Of a stretch of DNA of 64,000 nt, positions 28,438 to 37,468 are shown piece by piece; positions within the stretch are counted from its first letter, which is position 1, and every line of letters begins with the position of its first letter. A model generated the notes under the pieces. The model was not told where the DNA came from. It saw only the letters and a list, made by a program, of their open reading frames with translations, and ran no database searches. The DNA is taken from assembly GCA_002431965.1 (NCBI GenBank), contig DJEW01000001.1, positions 1,504-65,503 on the forward strand. The letters are read 5' to 3'. Origin of the DNA: Clostridiales bacterium UBA5888 (GTDB lineage: Bacteria; Bacillota; Clostridia; Oscillospirales; Oscillospiraceae). Position numbers and translations under genes: made by a program.

Positions 28438-28981
28438 TTTCCGCCGCCTTCTTTGCGGCGTTGTAGTTTTTGCGCACAAGCTCAAGGTCTTTGCCGTCCA
28501 TATTCACGCGCTCGGCAATGTGCCACGCTTTTTCCGCATAGTAAAGCGCATCTTCATTGCGCCCGGTTTCAAGCGCCGTCACGCAGATATTGTTGTAAAG
28601 CCCCGCCATGCGCCTGTCGCCGACATTTTCCGATATGAATATCGGCTCGCATTTTTTGTATATGGCAAGCGCGGAGTCAGGGTCTCCGCCGGCTTTGCAG
28701 ACGGTGGCAATGTTCAGCATGGCGGTCGCCGCATCGGATGTGCCCCACAGATCCAGCAGATCTATAAGCCCGATCAGCTTGTCAACGCAGCGCCATGCCG
28801 CGTCAAGATCCCCCACACTGCGGTAGTAGCCGGTAAGCTCGTTGAAAAGCGACATTGCAGTGCCGTAGCTTCTTTCACTGATTGCCTGCTCCGCCATTTG
28901 CCGCAGATACGCGCACGCCTCCTGCGGTCTGTCGTCGTCAAAAAGCTCGTCGGCATGTTTTAGTATGGCGTTGGTGTCCAT
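28430..28981 (-). CDS. tetratricopeptide-repeat (TPR) protein
   Basis: 183 aa of repeated helical A/Y/L-rich roughly 34-aa units (..YGTAMSLFNELTGYYRSVGDLDAAW.., ..AGLYNNICVTALETGRNEDALYYAEKAW..). Confidence 0.65.
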   Translation of the reverse strand: MDTNAILKHADELFDDDRPQEACAYLRQMAEQAISERSYGTAMSLFNELTGYYRSVGDLDAAWRCVDKLIGLIDLLDLWGTSDAATAMLNIATVCKAGGDPDSALAIYKKCEPIFISENVGDRRMAGLYNNICVTALETGRNEDALYYAEKAWHIAERVNMDGKDLELVRKNYNAAKKAAENA

Positions 28982-28995
28982 GTGTTCCTCCTGCT

Positions 28996-29859
28996 TCAGC
29001 CCGGGAGCTCCGCAAGGCTCTCCGCGGGCATGCCGAAATATTTGATATAGGCCGCTTTGCGCTCGGCGGCGTTTGAAAGCGGGATCTCAGTAAGCACGCC
29101 GTCGTTGTGCAGGCGCAGAGTGTCATCCTGAATGGCGGCGCTGCCGTTCTCGCGCAGAACGTTGAGCACGCGCTCGTTGCGGAAGCGCGCGTGGTCGCCG
29201 CGGCTCATGTATACGCCGAGCGCGACGAAATCCATCTTGGAAAACTCGTTGTCGGAGAAAAGATGCAGCGGCATCTCCGTTCCGTCGCGCTGTATGTATG
29301 TGAATTTATACAGTCCGTCGGGGCGCTTCTCGTAGCGGAACGCGAGCCGCCCGGAGTGCTGAACCTCAGTGCAGTCAAGATACAGCGCGCCAAGCGGCGT
29401 CGGACCGCCGAAACCGACGTCGCACACGACACGCTTCCCGTCGGACAGGGTGACTATCGTAGAGCGATGCCCTATCGGGGGAAACTCGCCCTCAAACAGC
29501 ACGCGCACGGCGATGGCGCGGCACACGAAGCCGAGCGATTCCAGCAGTGCGCAGAAAAGCCCATTGAGCTCAAAGCAGAAGCCGCCGCGCCGCCGCCGGA
29601 CAATTTTGTCGAAAACGCTGTCAATTTCAAGCGACACCTCGCGGCCAAGCTCATAGATGTCCAGATCCTCGAACGGAACGCTCATAAGATGCGCGCGGAC
29701 AAGCGTATCCAGCGCGGTCTTGTCATGCGGCGCGCTGAACGCGGACGGGGAGTCCGGCAGCCCCGGGTGCAAGGATTTTCTGTAATCGTCAGGGTCAAGA
29801 CCGATGCGTGCAAGATATGCGCCGGGGTCGGGGATGGGGCTGAATACTCCTTCGTACAT
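28996..29859 (-). CDS. arylamine N-acetyltransferase (NAT family)
   Basis: RRRRGGFCFELNGLF (catalytic Cys context), then IGHRSTIVTL and VVCDVGFGG (His and Asp of the triad). Start set at the ATG at 29859. Confidence 0.85.
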   Translation of the reverse strand: MYEGVFSPIPDPGAYLARIGLDPDDYRKSLHPGLPDSPSAFSAPHDKTALDTLVRAHLMSVPFEDLDIYELGREVSLEIDSVFDKIVRRRRGGFCFELNGLFCALLESLGFVCRAIAVRVLFEGEFPPIGHRSTIVTLSDGKRVVCDVGFGGPTPLGALYLDCTEVQHSGRLAFRYEKRPDGLYKFTYIQRDGTEMPLHLFSDNEFSKMDFVALGVYMSRGDHARFRNERVLNVLRENGSAAIQDDTLRLHNDGVLTEIPLSNAAERKAAYIKYFGMPAESLAELPG

Positions 29860-29887
29860 TTTTCCGTCCTCGCTATATAAAAAATTC

Positions 29888-30745
29888 TTATTTTGCAGGG
29901 TAAAGCTCGTCAACCCGTTTTCCGAGATACTCCGCCGCTTTTGCGATGGCGATGTCCTGCCGCACCTTTGCCTCTTCGCGCCGCGCAAATATTTCGCGCA
30001 GACGCTGCGCCGGCATCATCGACATATCCGCCAGACGCGCCAGCTCTGCGGTGTACTCATCCTCCGTTGCGAGCAGGTTTTCTTTCTTTGCAAGCTCATA
30101 CAGGGCGAGGCGGGAATGCAGCTGTTTTTTCGCCTCGCGCATGAAGTCGGCAAAAAGCGCCTGCTCGCTGGTGCCGCACTCCTTATAATAATCCTCGATT
30201 TTTTTCCCGTTGTTGTCAAGCTGCTGCTCGAAAGCGCCGATCATCTGTGATGCGCGCTCGCTTGCCATCGTATCCGGCACGACGCCCTCGCATATTTTGT
30301 CGAGCTGCTTTACCATGGCGGTCTGAAGAAGGTAGCGCCGCGTCTCGGCGCGGTTGGCTTCCGGAACGGTCAGCGCCTCTTGCCCGATCTCGGCAACCTC
30401 GCCGGCGTCGAGCTTGAGCGCATGATAGTCGCCCAATGTGAATTCCGGGTCTATCTGCACCTTTGCCGCGCATACGATGCCGCGCTTCTCGTCATCCTGC
30501 TCGAGAGTGAGGGCAGGAATGTAGTATATCTCCCGCGGGTACTCCATGGCGGCCTTTGAATATGCCTTGCGCACCATTTCGGTTATCACCGCGCGGCGCA
30601 GATCGCCCCCGGAGCGCGCGGAGTCAAGGAATTCTTTTCTGTTCTTTGCGGCATATTCCTTTGCCGCCTCGGCGTATTCCTCCGCCGTGAAGCTGAACAC
30701 GAACCGCAGATTATTGGAATTTATGTTTTCAACAGTATAAGTCAT
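29888..30745 (-). CDS. trigger-factor-like protein lacking the PPIase domain
   Basis: 285 aa. The TF N-terminal-like and C-terminal-like helical regions were recognised by eye. Assignment is weak. Confidence 0.45.
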   Translation of the reverse strand: MTYTVENINSNNLRFVFSFTAEEYAEAAKEYAAKNRKEFLDSARSGGDLRRAVITEMVRKAYSKAAMEYPREIYYIPALTLEQDDEKRGIVCAAKVQIDPEFTLGDYHALKLDAGEVAEIGQEALTVPEANRAETRRYLLQTAMVKQLDKICEGVVPDTMASERASQMIGAFEQQLDNNGKKIEDYYKECGTSEQALFADFMREAKKQLHSRLALYELAKKENLLATEDEYTAELARLADMSMMPAQRLREIFARREEAKVRQDIAIAKAAEYLGKRVDELYPAK

Positions 30746-30764
30746 GTCATTTCTCCGTATCTTG

Positions 30765-31424
30765 TTATATCTGATTATTCACGAAATCGGCAACGGGTCT
30801 GGCTTTCTCCTCGATCAGCTCAAGATTTTCTATCCTGATCTGCCCATCCTCGGTGCGGCTCAGAGCGCCCTCGGCGATAAAACTGTCAAGGATGTTATAA
30901 AGATTACGCCGGCTCATGCGCAGATATTCACATGTTTTGTACAGACTCTGCATCATACACAGCGTGCTGCCGTGGGAGCATTCAAGAAGGTGATATGCAA
31001 GCTGCTCCTGCTGAGAAAAAAGGTGCTTCGCCAGATCTTTCTTGTACATAATGTATAAGCGGTTTGTGACTTTCAGATAGAAAAAACGGCTGAACTCGAT
31101 CTCCTGCATGAGCTGCAGAAAGCTTTCTATCGGTATCTGGAGAAGCGTACACTTCGTGACCGCGATGCTGTCGGTATAGAAATTCTGCCCGAACAGATTT
31201 GAAAGATGACCGACAAAGCATCCGGGCGGTATCTCGTCAACAACAATACGCTTGCCGTTGCTGCTGCACGCGACCACCCTGACCTCGCCCTCAAGCAGGA
31301 ACCATATATACCTGTTTTCCTCGCTTGCGCGGAGGATAAGAGCGTTCTTCTTGAAGGTGACTATTTCAAAGCTTGTCTTGTAGTCCTTGATGAACGGATA
31401 TATCGCAGACTCTGCCAGAATCAT
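30765..31424 (-). CDS. Crp/Fnr-family transcriptional regulator
   Basis: cNMP-binding-like beta-roll (WFLLEGEVRVV...) plus a C-terminal HTH (TCEYLRMSRRNLYNILDSFIAEGAL). ATG at 31424, 8 nt after AGGAG. Divergent from hpdB. Confidence 0.8.
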   Translation of the reverse strand: MILAESAIYPFIKDYKTSFEIVTFKKNALILRASEENRYIWFLLEGEVRVVACSSNGKRIVVDEIPPGCFVGHLSNLFGQNFYTDSIAVTKCTLLQIPIESFLQLMQEIEFSRFFYLKVTNRLYIMYKKDLAKHLFSQQEQLAYHLLECSHGSTLCMMQSLYKTCEYLRMSRRNLYNILDSFIAEGALSRTEDGQIRIENLELIEEKARPVADFVNNQI

Positions 31425-31589
31425 CCCACGCACTCCTTTATTAGATATAAGCTTATATAAATCCGGATTACAGATTACATGATTTACGGAGCCTTGCCAA
31501 TACTCCAAAAAGCATTCTCTGCACGAAGGCGTACAGCGCGGCAAACTTTCTCTGTCTAATTTATATCAAAAGAGGAGGGGCGCGAGATA

Positions 31590-31685
31590 GTGCAAAATGC
31601 ACGGTTTTGTGATAGTTGTTGAGAACCGTCGAAAAAAATATGCTGCATGTGTGAAAAATGCACTACTCATTTCGTGAAAAATCAG
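31590..31685. promoter_or_regulatory. three copies of a GTG(C/A)AAAAT(GCAC) motif in the hpd control region
   Basis: GTGCAAAATGCAC (31590..31602, a palindrome), GTGAAAAATGCAC (31651..31663) and GTGAAAAATCAG (31674..31685). Confidence 0.35.
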
Positions 31686-31744
31686 ATAATATCAAATCAT
31701 GCTTCCGATAGGAGGAGCCCAAAAAACCAACAAGGAGGAAAATC

Positions 31745-34438
31745 ATGTCTAACGAAGCCAAAATTCAGGAAATTTTGAAAAGACGTGGTCTTGACGTCAG
31801 CGAGGACAGCGGATTCGCTGATGAAGCCATAGCCGAACCCTCACCCCGCTTCACAAAGCTGATTAACATCTACTATGCGATGAAGAATACCATCGACATG
31901 GAGTACCCGTACTGGTACAACCGTGTGTGGTGGGAGAATGACGGTGACATCACCGAGATCCGCCGCGCAAAAGCGGAGGCCGCCGCACTGAGCCATATGA
32001 CGCCGACCATTCTTCCCGGCGAGCTGCTCTTCGGCAACAAGACCCGCAACTTCCGCGGTGCGTTCTGCTTCCCGTGGGTTGACGCATCCTTCTTCAACGC
32101 CGCAGCAGAGGCGATGATGGCCGGTGTTGACGCGCCCCCCATGGCGGCAGCCGACGCTGTTTCCGTCGTCGGCGCCGGCGGCGGCAATGTGACGAAGGAC
32201 TTCGGCAACGTCGTTTCCATCGCGCAGAAGTTCGGTCTTCGCCGCGAAGAGGTTCCCTGCCTTGTCAAGTGCGCGAAGTACTGGGATAACGGCTCTGTTG
32301 AGCGTGTTTCCGCGCGTCTGGCAGAGGCTCGCCCCGATTACGACAAGTGGGCCGGCTACCGCAACTCCGTCCTCGTCATGTTCGACTCCTGGGCGATCCC
32401 TCAGGGACGCGAGGTCATCAACTACTACCTCCCTCTGGAGTACGGCTTTGATAAGATAATCGAGCTGTGCGACGAGAAGATAGCCGAAACTCTCGGCGAG
32501 GCCGGCGACGACGGCATCCTCGGCATGAGCCGCGGCTACTACTACATGGCATGCAAGATCATCGCCCAGGGCGTTTCCAAGTGGATCGAGAACTATGCAC
32601 GCCGCGCAGAATACCTTGCAGAGCATGAAACCGACGCTCAGCAGAAAAAGGAATATCTCGACATCGCCGCCATCGCGCACCACATCGCGCACAAGCAGCC
32701 CGAGACCTTCCGCCAGGCGCTCAACCTCACCCTTATGTGCCACTACGGCGTCACCAACGAGGACCCACACTCAGGTCAGTCCATCGGACGTCTCGGTCAG
32801 ATACTCTACCCCTGGTATGAAAAGGACATCGCGGACGGCACCACCAACGACGAGGAAGTCATTGAGCTTCTGGAGCTCTACCGCGTGAAGATAACCGCTA
32901 TCGAGTGCTTCGCCTCCTCCGGCGTCACCGGCGGCGTTCTCTCCGGCAACACCTTCAACAACCTCTCCATCGGCGGTCTCGGCTACGACGGTCTGACGGC
33001 GGTCACTCCGCTTGAGTACCTCATCGTTGAGGCAGGTATGCGCGGCAAGACCACCCAGCCGACCCTCTCGCTGCTGTATGATGAAAAGACCCCCGAGGAC
33101 TTCCTCCTCAAGGTCGCACAGTGCATCAAGCTCGGTCTCGGCTACCCCGCCATCATGAACAACCAGGGCGGCATGAACTTCATGCTGCGCCAGTACGGTC
33201 CCGAGGGCATGAACATATACGATGCGCGCGCATGGGCGCCCGGCGGATGCCTTGAGTCCTCCCCCGGATGCTTCCAGCCGCTGCATTACAACGGCAAGAC
33301 CTACATGATCCCCGGCGGCGCAGGTCCGACCGCAGGCACCGGCATTCACTTCACCGGCATGCCGAAGCTGCTGGAGCTTGTTCTCAGCAACGGCTATGAC
33401 AGACGCACCGGCATCCAGGTCTTTGCCCCGCATAACCACAAGCTCGACACCTATGAGGATCTGCTTGATGTTTACTACAACATCTATCTTCAGGAGCTGC
33501 TTGAGGTCTCCAACCGCATGAACAACCTCCAGATGGATACCCACAGAAAGATCTGCCCGACCGTCTGGGCCTCCCTGCTGAAGGCCGACTGCTTCACAAA
33601 GGGTCAGAACCAGAGCCACCTCGGCGCACGCTACAACGGCACCATCAACTTCGAGTCCTGCGGCACTATCAACTTTATCAACTCCCTCGCCTCCATCAAG
33701 AAGAACGTGTATGATGAAAAGAAGTACACGCTTGCGGAGATGGAAGACGCAATGTGGAACAACTTCGGCTTCAAGACCGCTTTCGAGACCGGCGTTTTCT
33801 CTCCCGACCGCCGCGAGGCCACCGAAAACGCACCGAAGTACGAGAAGATATTCAACGACTGCGTCAACGCACCGAAGTACGGCAACGCCGATCCCTATGT
33901 TGACTCCATACTCGTTGACTACGAGGACCGCATGCTCCCGAAGATGCTCGAGCTGCGCTCCTACATGGGTAAGCAGTACTACATGTGCCAGATCTCCGTC
34001 TCCACCCACGGTCCGCAGGGCGCAATCACCCTCGCCACCGCTGACGGTCGTCTCTGCGGCACCACCTACGCCGACGCTTCCATGTCTCCCGCTCCCAACA
34101 CCGACAAGAACGGCATCTACGCTTTGTTCACCTCCGCTACCTGCTACGACCACGCGATGTGCCAGAACAGCCAGATGAACATAAAGATCCATCCGTCGGC
34201 AGTCAAGGGCACGCAGGGCACGCACAAGCTGCTCGACGTCTACCGCGCCTATATGCGCAAGGGCGGCTTCCACATCCAGTTCAACGTCACGTCTTCCAAG
34301 ACGCTGCGCGAGGCTCAGGTCAAGCCCGATGATTACCGCGATCTCATGGTTCGTGTCGCAGGCTTCACACAGTACTGGTGCGAGATAGGCAAGCCCATTC
34401 AGGACGAGGTCATCTTCCGCACGGAGTACGACACCTGA
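31745..34438 (+). CDS. hpdB: glycyl radical enzyme, 4-hydroxyphenylacetate decarboxylase large subunit type
   Basis: 897 aa. C-terminal glycyl-radical motif RVAGF has its Gly at residue 873 by my count. The thiyl loop GGCLES gives Cys502 and Glu504. It is followed by the diagnostic small subunit and activase genes. Confidence 0.88.
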   Translation: MSNEAKIQEILKRRGLDVSEDSGFADEAIAEPSPRFTKLINIYYAMKNTIDMEYPYWYNRVWWENDGDITEIRRAKAEAAALSHMTPTILPGELLFGNKTRNFRGAFCFPWVDASFFNAAAEAMMAGVDAPPMAAADAVSVVGAGGGNVTKDFGNVVSIAQKFGLRREEVPCLVKCAKYWDNGSVERVSARLAEARPDYDKWAGYRNSVLVMFDSWAIPQGREVINYYLPLEYGFDKIIELCDEKIAETLGEAGDDGILGMSRGYYYMACKIIAQGVSKWIENYARRAEYLAEHETDAQQKKEYLDIAAIAHHIAHKQPETFRQALNLTLMCHYGVTNEDPHSGQSIGRLGQILYPWYEKDIADGTTNDEEVIELLELYRVKITAIECFASSGVTGGVLSGNTFNNLSIGGLGYDGLTAVTPLEYLIVEAGMRGKTTQPTLSLLYDEKTPEDFLLKVAQCIKLGLGYPAIMNNQGGMNFMLRQYGPEGMNIYDARAWAPGGCLESSPGCFQPLHYNGKTYMIPGGAGPTAGTGIHFTGMPKLLELVLSNGYDRRTGIQVFAPHNHKLDTYEDLLDVYYNIYLQELLEVSNRMNNLQMDTHRKICPTVWASLLKADCFTKGQNQSHLGARYNGTINFESCGTINFINSLASIKKNVYDEKKYTLAEMEDAMWNNFGFKTAFETGVFSPDRREATENAPKYEKIFNDCVNAPKYGNADPYVDSILVDYEDRMLPKMLELRSYMGKQYYMCQISVSTHGPQGAITLATADGRLCGTTYADASMSPAPNTDKNGIYALFTSATCYDHAMCQNSQMNIKIHPSAVKGTQGTHKLLDVYRAYMRKGGFHIQFNVTSSKTLREAQVKPDDYRDLMVRVAGFTQYWCEIGKPIQDEVIFRTEYDT

Positions 34439-34564
34439 TTTATCCCATCAACGGATGCTCTCCCCGCGGACGGCTCTCCGCGCGGGAGGCGTCCGGGAAG
34501 ACACGGCAACGGATAACGGGCATACGCCCATCGAAACACTAAACTATAACGGAGGTATTATATA

Positions 34565-34825
34565 ATGAAACATTGCGAATGCGCAAATTTCCTGCACCTC
34601 GACTGCGAAAAAGGTATGTGCGCCCTGTCAAAGTGCATCGTTCCCATTGACGGCGAAGGCTCCGACGCATGCCCACGCTTCCAGGAAGGCTTCATGTGCA
34701 AATTCTGCAAGCACTTTGGCGACGCCGACAAGTACGGCATCGGCACCTGCAAGGGCTATGACAAGGAAAACTGGGCATACGCTCAGTGCGGCGCTTTCAG
34801 CTGCGACAAATTCGAGAGAATCTGA
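34565..34825 (+). CDS. hpdC: 4-hydroxyphenylacetate decarboxylase small (gamma) subunit, Cys-rich Fe-S protein
   Basis: 86 aa with 13 Cys arranged in clusters (C4,C6..C14,C19,C24 / C36..C45,C48..C62 / C75,C80). Size and position match HpdC/CsdC. Confidence 0.8.
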   Translation: MKHCECANFLHLDCEKGMCALSKCIVPIDGEGSDACPRFQEGFMCKFCKHFGDADKYGIGTCKGYDKENWAYAQCGAFSCDKFERI

Positions 34826-34907
34826 TCACAGGATAAAACATATATGGGGAAGACGCTGTCTTCCCCATACGCAAAATGTCAAGCTCTTATACGGAAGGGT
34901 GTAATTT

Positions 34908-35855
34908 ATGCCAGAAGCAACAACAGGGATGATTTTTGACATCCAGAGCTATTCGGTTCATGACGGTCCCGGATGCCGCACGACAGTGTTTTTTGTCGGC
35001 TGTCCGCTGCAATGCAGATGGTGCGCGAACCCGGAGAGCTGGGCGGTGAAAAAGCATCTGCTTTTCGCCGAACGTACCTGCAAATGGGAACAGGGCTGCA
35101 CCGCCTGCCGCAACGCCTGCCCGAACGGCGCGCTGACGTTTGACGAGAAGGGCAAGCCGGTCCTCAACTGGGCGATCTGCAACAAGTGCCAGACGATAGA
35201 GTGCAGCGAGGTCTGCGCCGCGCACGCGCTCAAGCAGTGCGTCCGCTTTATGACGGTAGACGACCTGATGAAGATCCTGATGCGCGACTACCCGAATTGG
35301 GGTTCTGACGGCGGCGTTACATTCTCCGGCGGGGAGCCGCTGCTGCACCATGAATTTCTTGATCAGGTGCTCCGGCGCTGCCGCAAGGAGCAGATGCATA
35401 CCGCCATCGAAACAAGCGCTTTCACGTCTCCCGAGATATTCGAGAAGATATTCCGCAATCTGAACTTCGCGTTCATCGACGTGAAGAACATGGACGATGA
35501 GATGCACAAGTGGGGAACCGGCGTCAGCAACAAGCCGATCCTCCGCAATATATCCACGCTGGCGCATGCCGATTGGTGGCGCGGCAGGCTTGTTTTGCGC
35601 CAGCCGACCATTCACGGCTACAACGACAGCACCGAGAACGCCAAGCGCCTCATCGATTTCATGAACGAGAACGGTCTCTTTGAGATAAATCTGCTCCGCT
35701 TCCACCGCATGGGCGGCACCAAGTGGGAGCAGCTCGGCAAGGTCTATGAATACAGCAACAAGGGCGACATGCCCGAGGAGCGGCTGCTTGAGCTTCAGGA
35801 GCTGTATCTGGACAACGACATCGCCTGCTATATCGGAGAGGACACTCCTTTCTGA
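34908..35855 (+). CDS. hpdA: glycyl-radical enzyme activating enzyme (radical SAM)
   Basis: CPLQCRWC (CX3CX2C) near the N-terminus, plus two ferredoxin-like Cys motifs (CKWEQGCTACRNACP, CNKCQTIECSEVC). Confidence 0.9.
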   Translation: MPEATTGMIFDIQSYSVHDGPGCRTTVFFVGCPLQCRWCANPESWAVKKHLLFAERTCKWEQGCTACRNACPNGALTFDEKGKPVLNWAICNKCQTIECSEVCAAHALKQCVRFMTVDDLMKILMRDYPNWGSDGGVTFSGGEPLLHHEFLDQVLRRCRKEQMHTAIETSAFTSPEIFEKIFRNLNFAFIDVKNMDDEMHKWGTGVSNKPILRNISTLAHADWWRGRLVLRQPTIHGYNDSTENAKRLIDFMNENGLFEINLLRFHRMGGTKWEQLGKVYEYSNKGDMPEERLLELQELYLDNDIACYIGEDTPF

Positions 35856-35946
35856 CCGGCAGGAGCAAATAATCCCCCCTTACCCCCCCGCACCCCGGCA
35901 TTTAACCGCGGGAAAAAAGATAGGAAGTAATGATTGGAGGATCATA

Positions 35947-37272
35947 ATGAATTCCATATCTGAAGAAAAGGCGAAAAAATACGGTATATGCACCGTAATG
36001 TCTGCCTTCCTTGCAGTATTCTGCCTGTTTGGCTATCGCTCCAGCTTTTCAATAATGCAGGGTCTCATCATCGCGGACACGGGCTGGACCACCATCCAGA
36101 CCTCTCTGGGCTACTGCATCATGATGACCATCTACGCAATCACCGCGTTCTTCTCCGGCGGTCTGGTCGACAAGAAGGGCACCCGTCCCACCTACTTCAT
36201 GGGTGCGATATGCTGCTTCCTCGGCTTCTTCCTGACCTCCATTTTCGTCAAGCCCGGTTCTGAGAGCGCATACATAGTTTACCTTTTCACCTACGGTCTG
36301 TTCGCAGGCGTCGGCACCGGTATGCTCTGGGTCAGCTCCACGATCTCCTGCCGTCAGTGGTACGTCGGTACGCGCTATGGCACCATGTGGGGCATTGCCT
36401 TTGCCGGTGCTCCACTTGCGCAGCTCCTGCTCACGCTCGTGCTCAAGCCCGTTCTGAAGAATATGGGCTGGCAGGCAGGCATGCAGCTGATGGCGATTAT
36501 CTGCGCGGTATTTCTCATTGCGGCCGCCCTCATTGCAAAGCGCACCCCCAATTACTACAACGTTCAGCCCTTCGGTATGGAGACGCTCAAAAAGAAGGAC
36601 GGTCCTGCAAGACGCGCCGTCACGCTCAAGGAAGCTTTCTCCACATACGCGATCTGGGCGGATATTCTCTGCTTTCTGACCGCTATGGCGGGCGAATTCC
36701 TCATCTGGTCGCAGGCTGTCGGCTTCTTCCAGAGCGACATGGGCATGGATGCCGACAAGGCAGCCAACGTCTATATGCTCATCGGCGCGTTCGGCGTGTT
36801 CATGATGCCCGTCACCGGCAAAATCTCCGACGCGCTTGTCAAGAAGCTCGGCTCTGAGGTCAGAGGGCGCAAGCTCATGCTCATCATCGGACCTGCCTGC
36901 GGCGCCATCGGCGTTGCGCTGAGCCTGACGAAGAGCCTGCCGCTGTGCGTTGTCGCCATGTTCTTCCTCGCCACCTACTGGGGCATTGAGCCGGGCGGCT
37001 GTGCGGGCTATGCGGGCGCTGTGTTCGGCGGCGCCGGTCTCGGACGCACATGGGGTCTCGCCACGCTCATCGTTATGGGCATCGGGCCTTCCTTCGGCAC
37101 GTTCATGGGTGCATGGTTCAAGGATAACTTCGGTTCCTACATTCCCGCGTTCATCTTCTGCCTGTGCGCATATCTCATCTCCATGGTCATTGCGATCACT
37201 CTGCCTCTCAAGACCAAGGTAGAAGCCAAGATAGATGCCGAGATGGCAGCCGCGGCTGCAGCTCAGCAGTAA
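35947..37272 (+). CDS. MFS transporter (oxalate/formate-antiporter-like)
   Basis: Start MNSISEEKAKKYG after TTGGAGGATCATA. 12 hydrophobic segments. The tracked N-terminal extension overlaps hpdA and is rejected. Confidence 0.85.
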   Translation: MNSISEEKAKKYGICTVMSAFLAVFCLFGYRSSFSIMQGLIIADTGWTTIQTSLGYCIMMTIYAITAFFSGGLVDKKGTRPTYFMGAICCFLGFFLTSIFVKPGSESAYIVYLFTYGLFAGVGTGMLWVSSTISCRQWYVGTRYGTMWGIAFAGAPLAQLLLTLVLKPVLKNMGWQAGMQLMAIICAVFLIAAALIAKRTPNYYNVQPFGMETLKKKDGPARRAVTLKEAFSTYAIWADILCFLTAMAGEFLIWSQAVGFFQSDMGMDADKAANVYMLIGAFGVFMMPVTGKISDALVKKLGSEVRGRKLMLIIGPACGAIGVALSLTKSLPLCVVAMFFLATYWGIEPGGCAGYAGAVFGGAGLGRTWGLATLIVMGIGPSFGTFMGAWFKDNFGSYIPAFIFCLCAYLISMVIAITLPLKTKVEAKIDAEMAAAAAAQQ

Positions 37273-37312
37273 TCGCTGCATATTCGGCGCTGTAAATAAG
37301 AATTCAAGCCAG

Positions 37313-37355
37313 AAGTTGGGGCATCCGGGAAAACCCGGACGCCCCAACTTTTTGT
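37313..37355 (+). terminator. rho-independent terminator of the hpd-MFS operon
   Basis: aagttggggcatccggg aaaa cccggacgccccaactt followed by TTTTGTT. Confidence 0.7.
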
Positions 37356-37468
37356 TCCGATTTGCTTTACGCAGATTTTACATAATACCGGCGGCGGATT
37401 TGACATTTCTCCTTTATTATATAAGTTGGGTAATGTTAATGTAAAATTCATCTGCGAGGTATGGAGTA

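Noticed and set aside
35746-35946. N-terminal extension of the MFS transporter overlapping hpdA.
   Set aside because: The extension lies inside the hpdA coding region in another frame. The ATG at 35947 has a GGAGG RBS and starts directly before the first TM segment.
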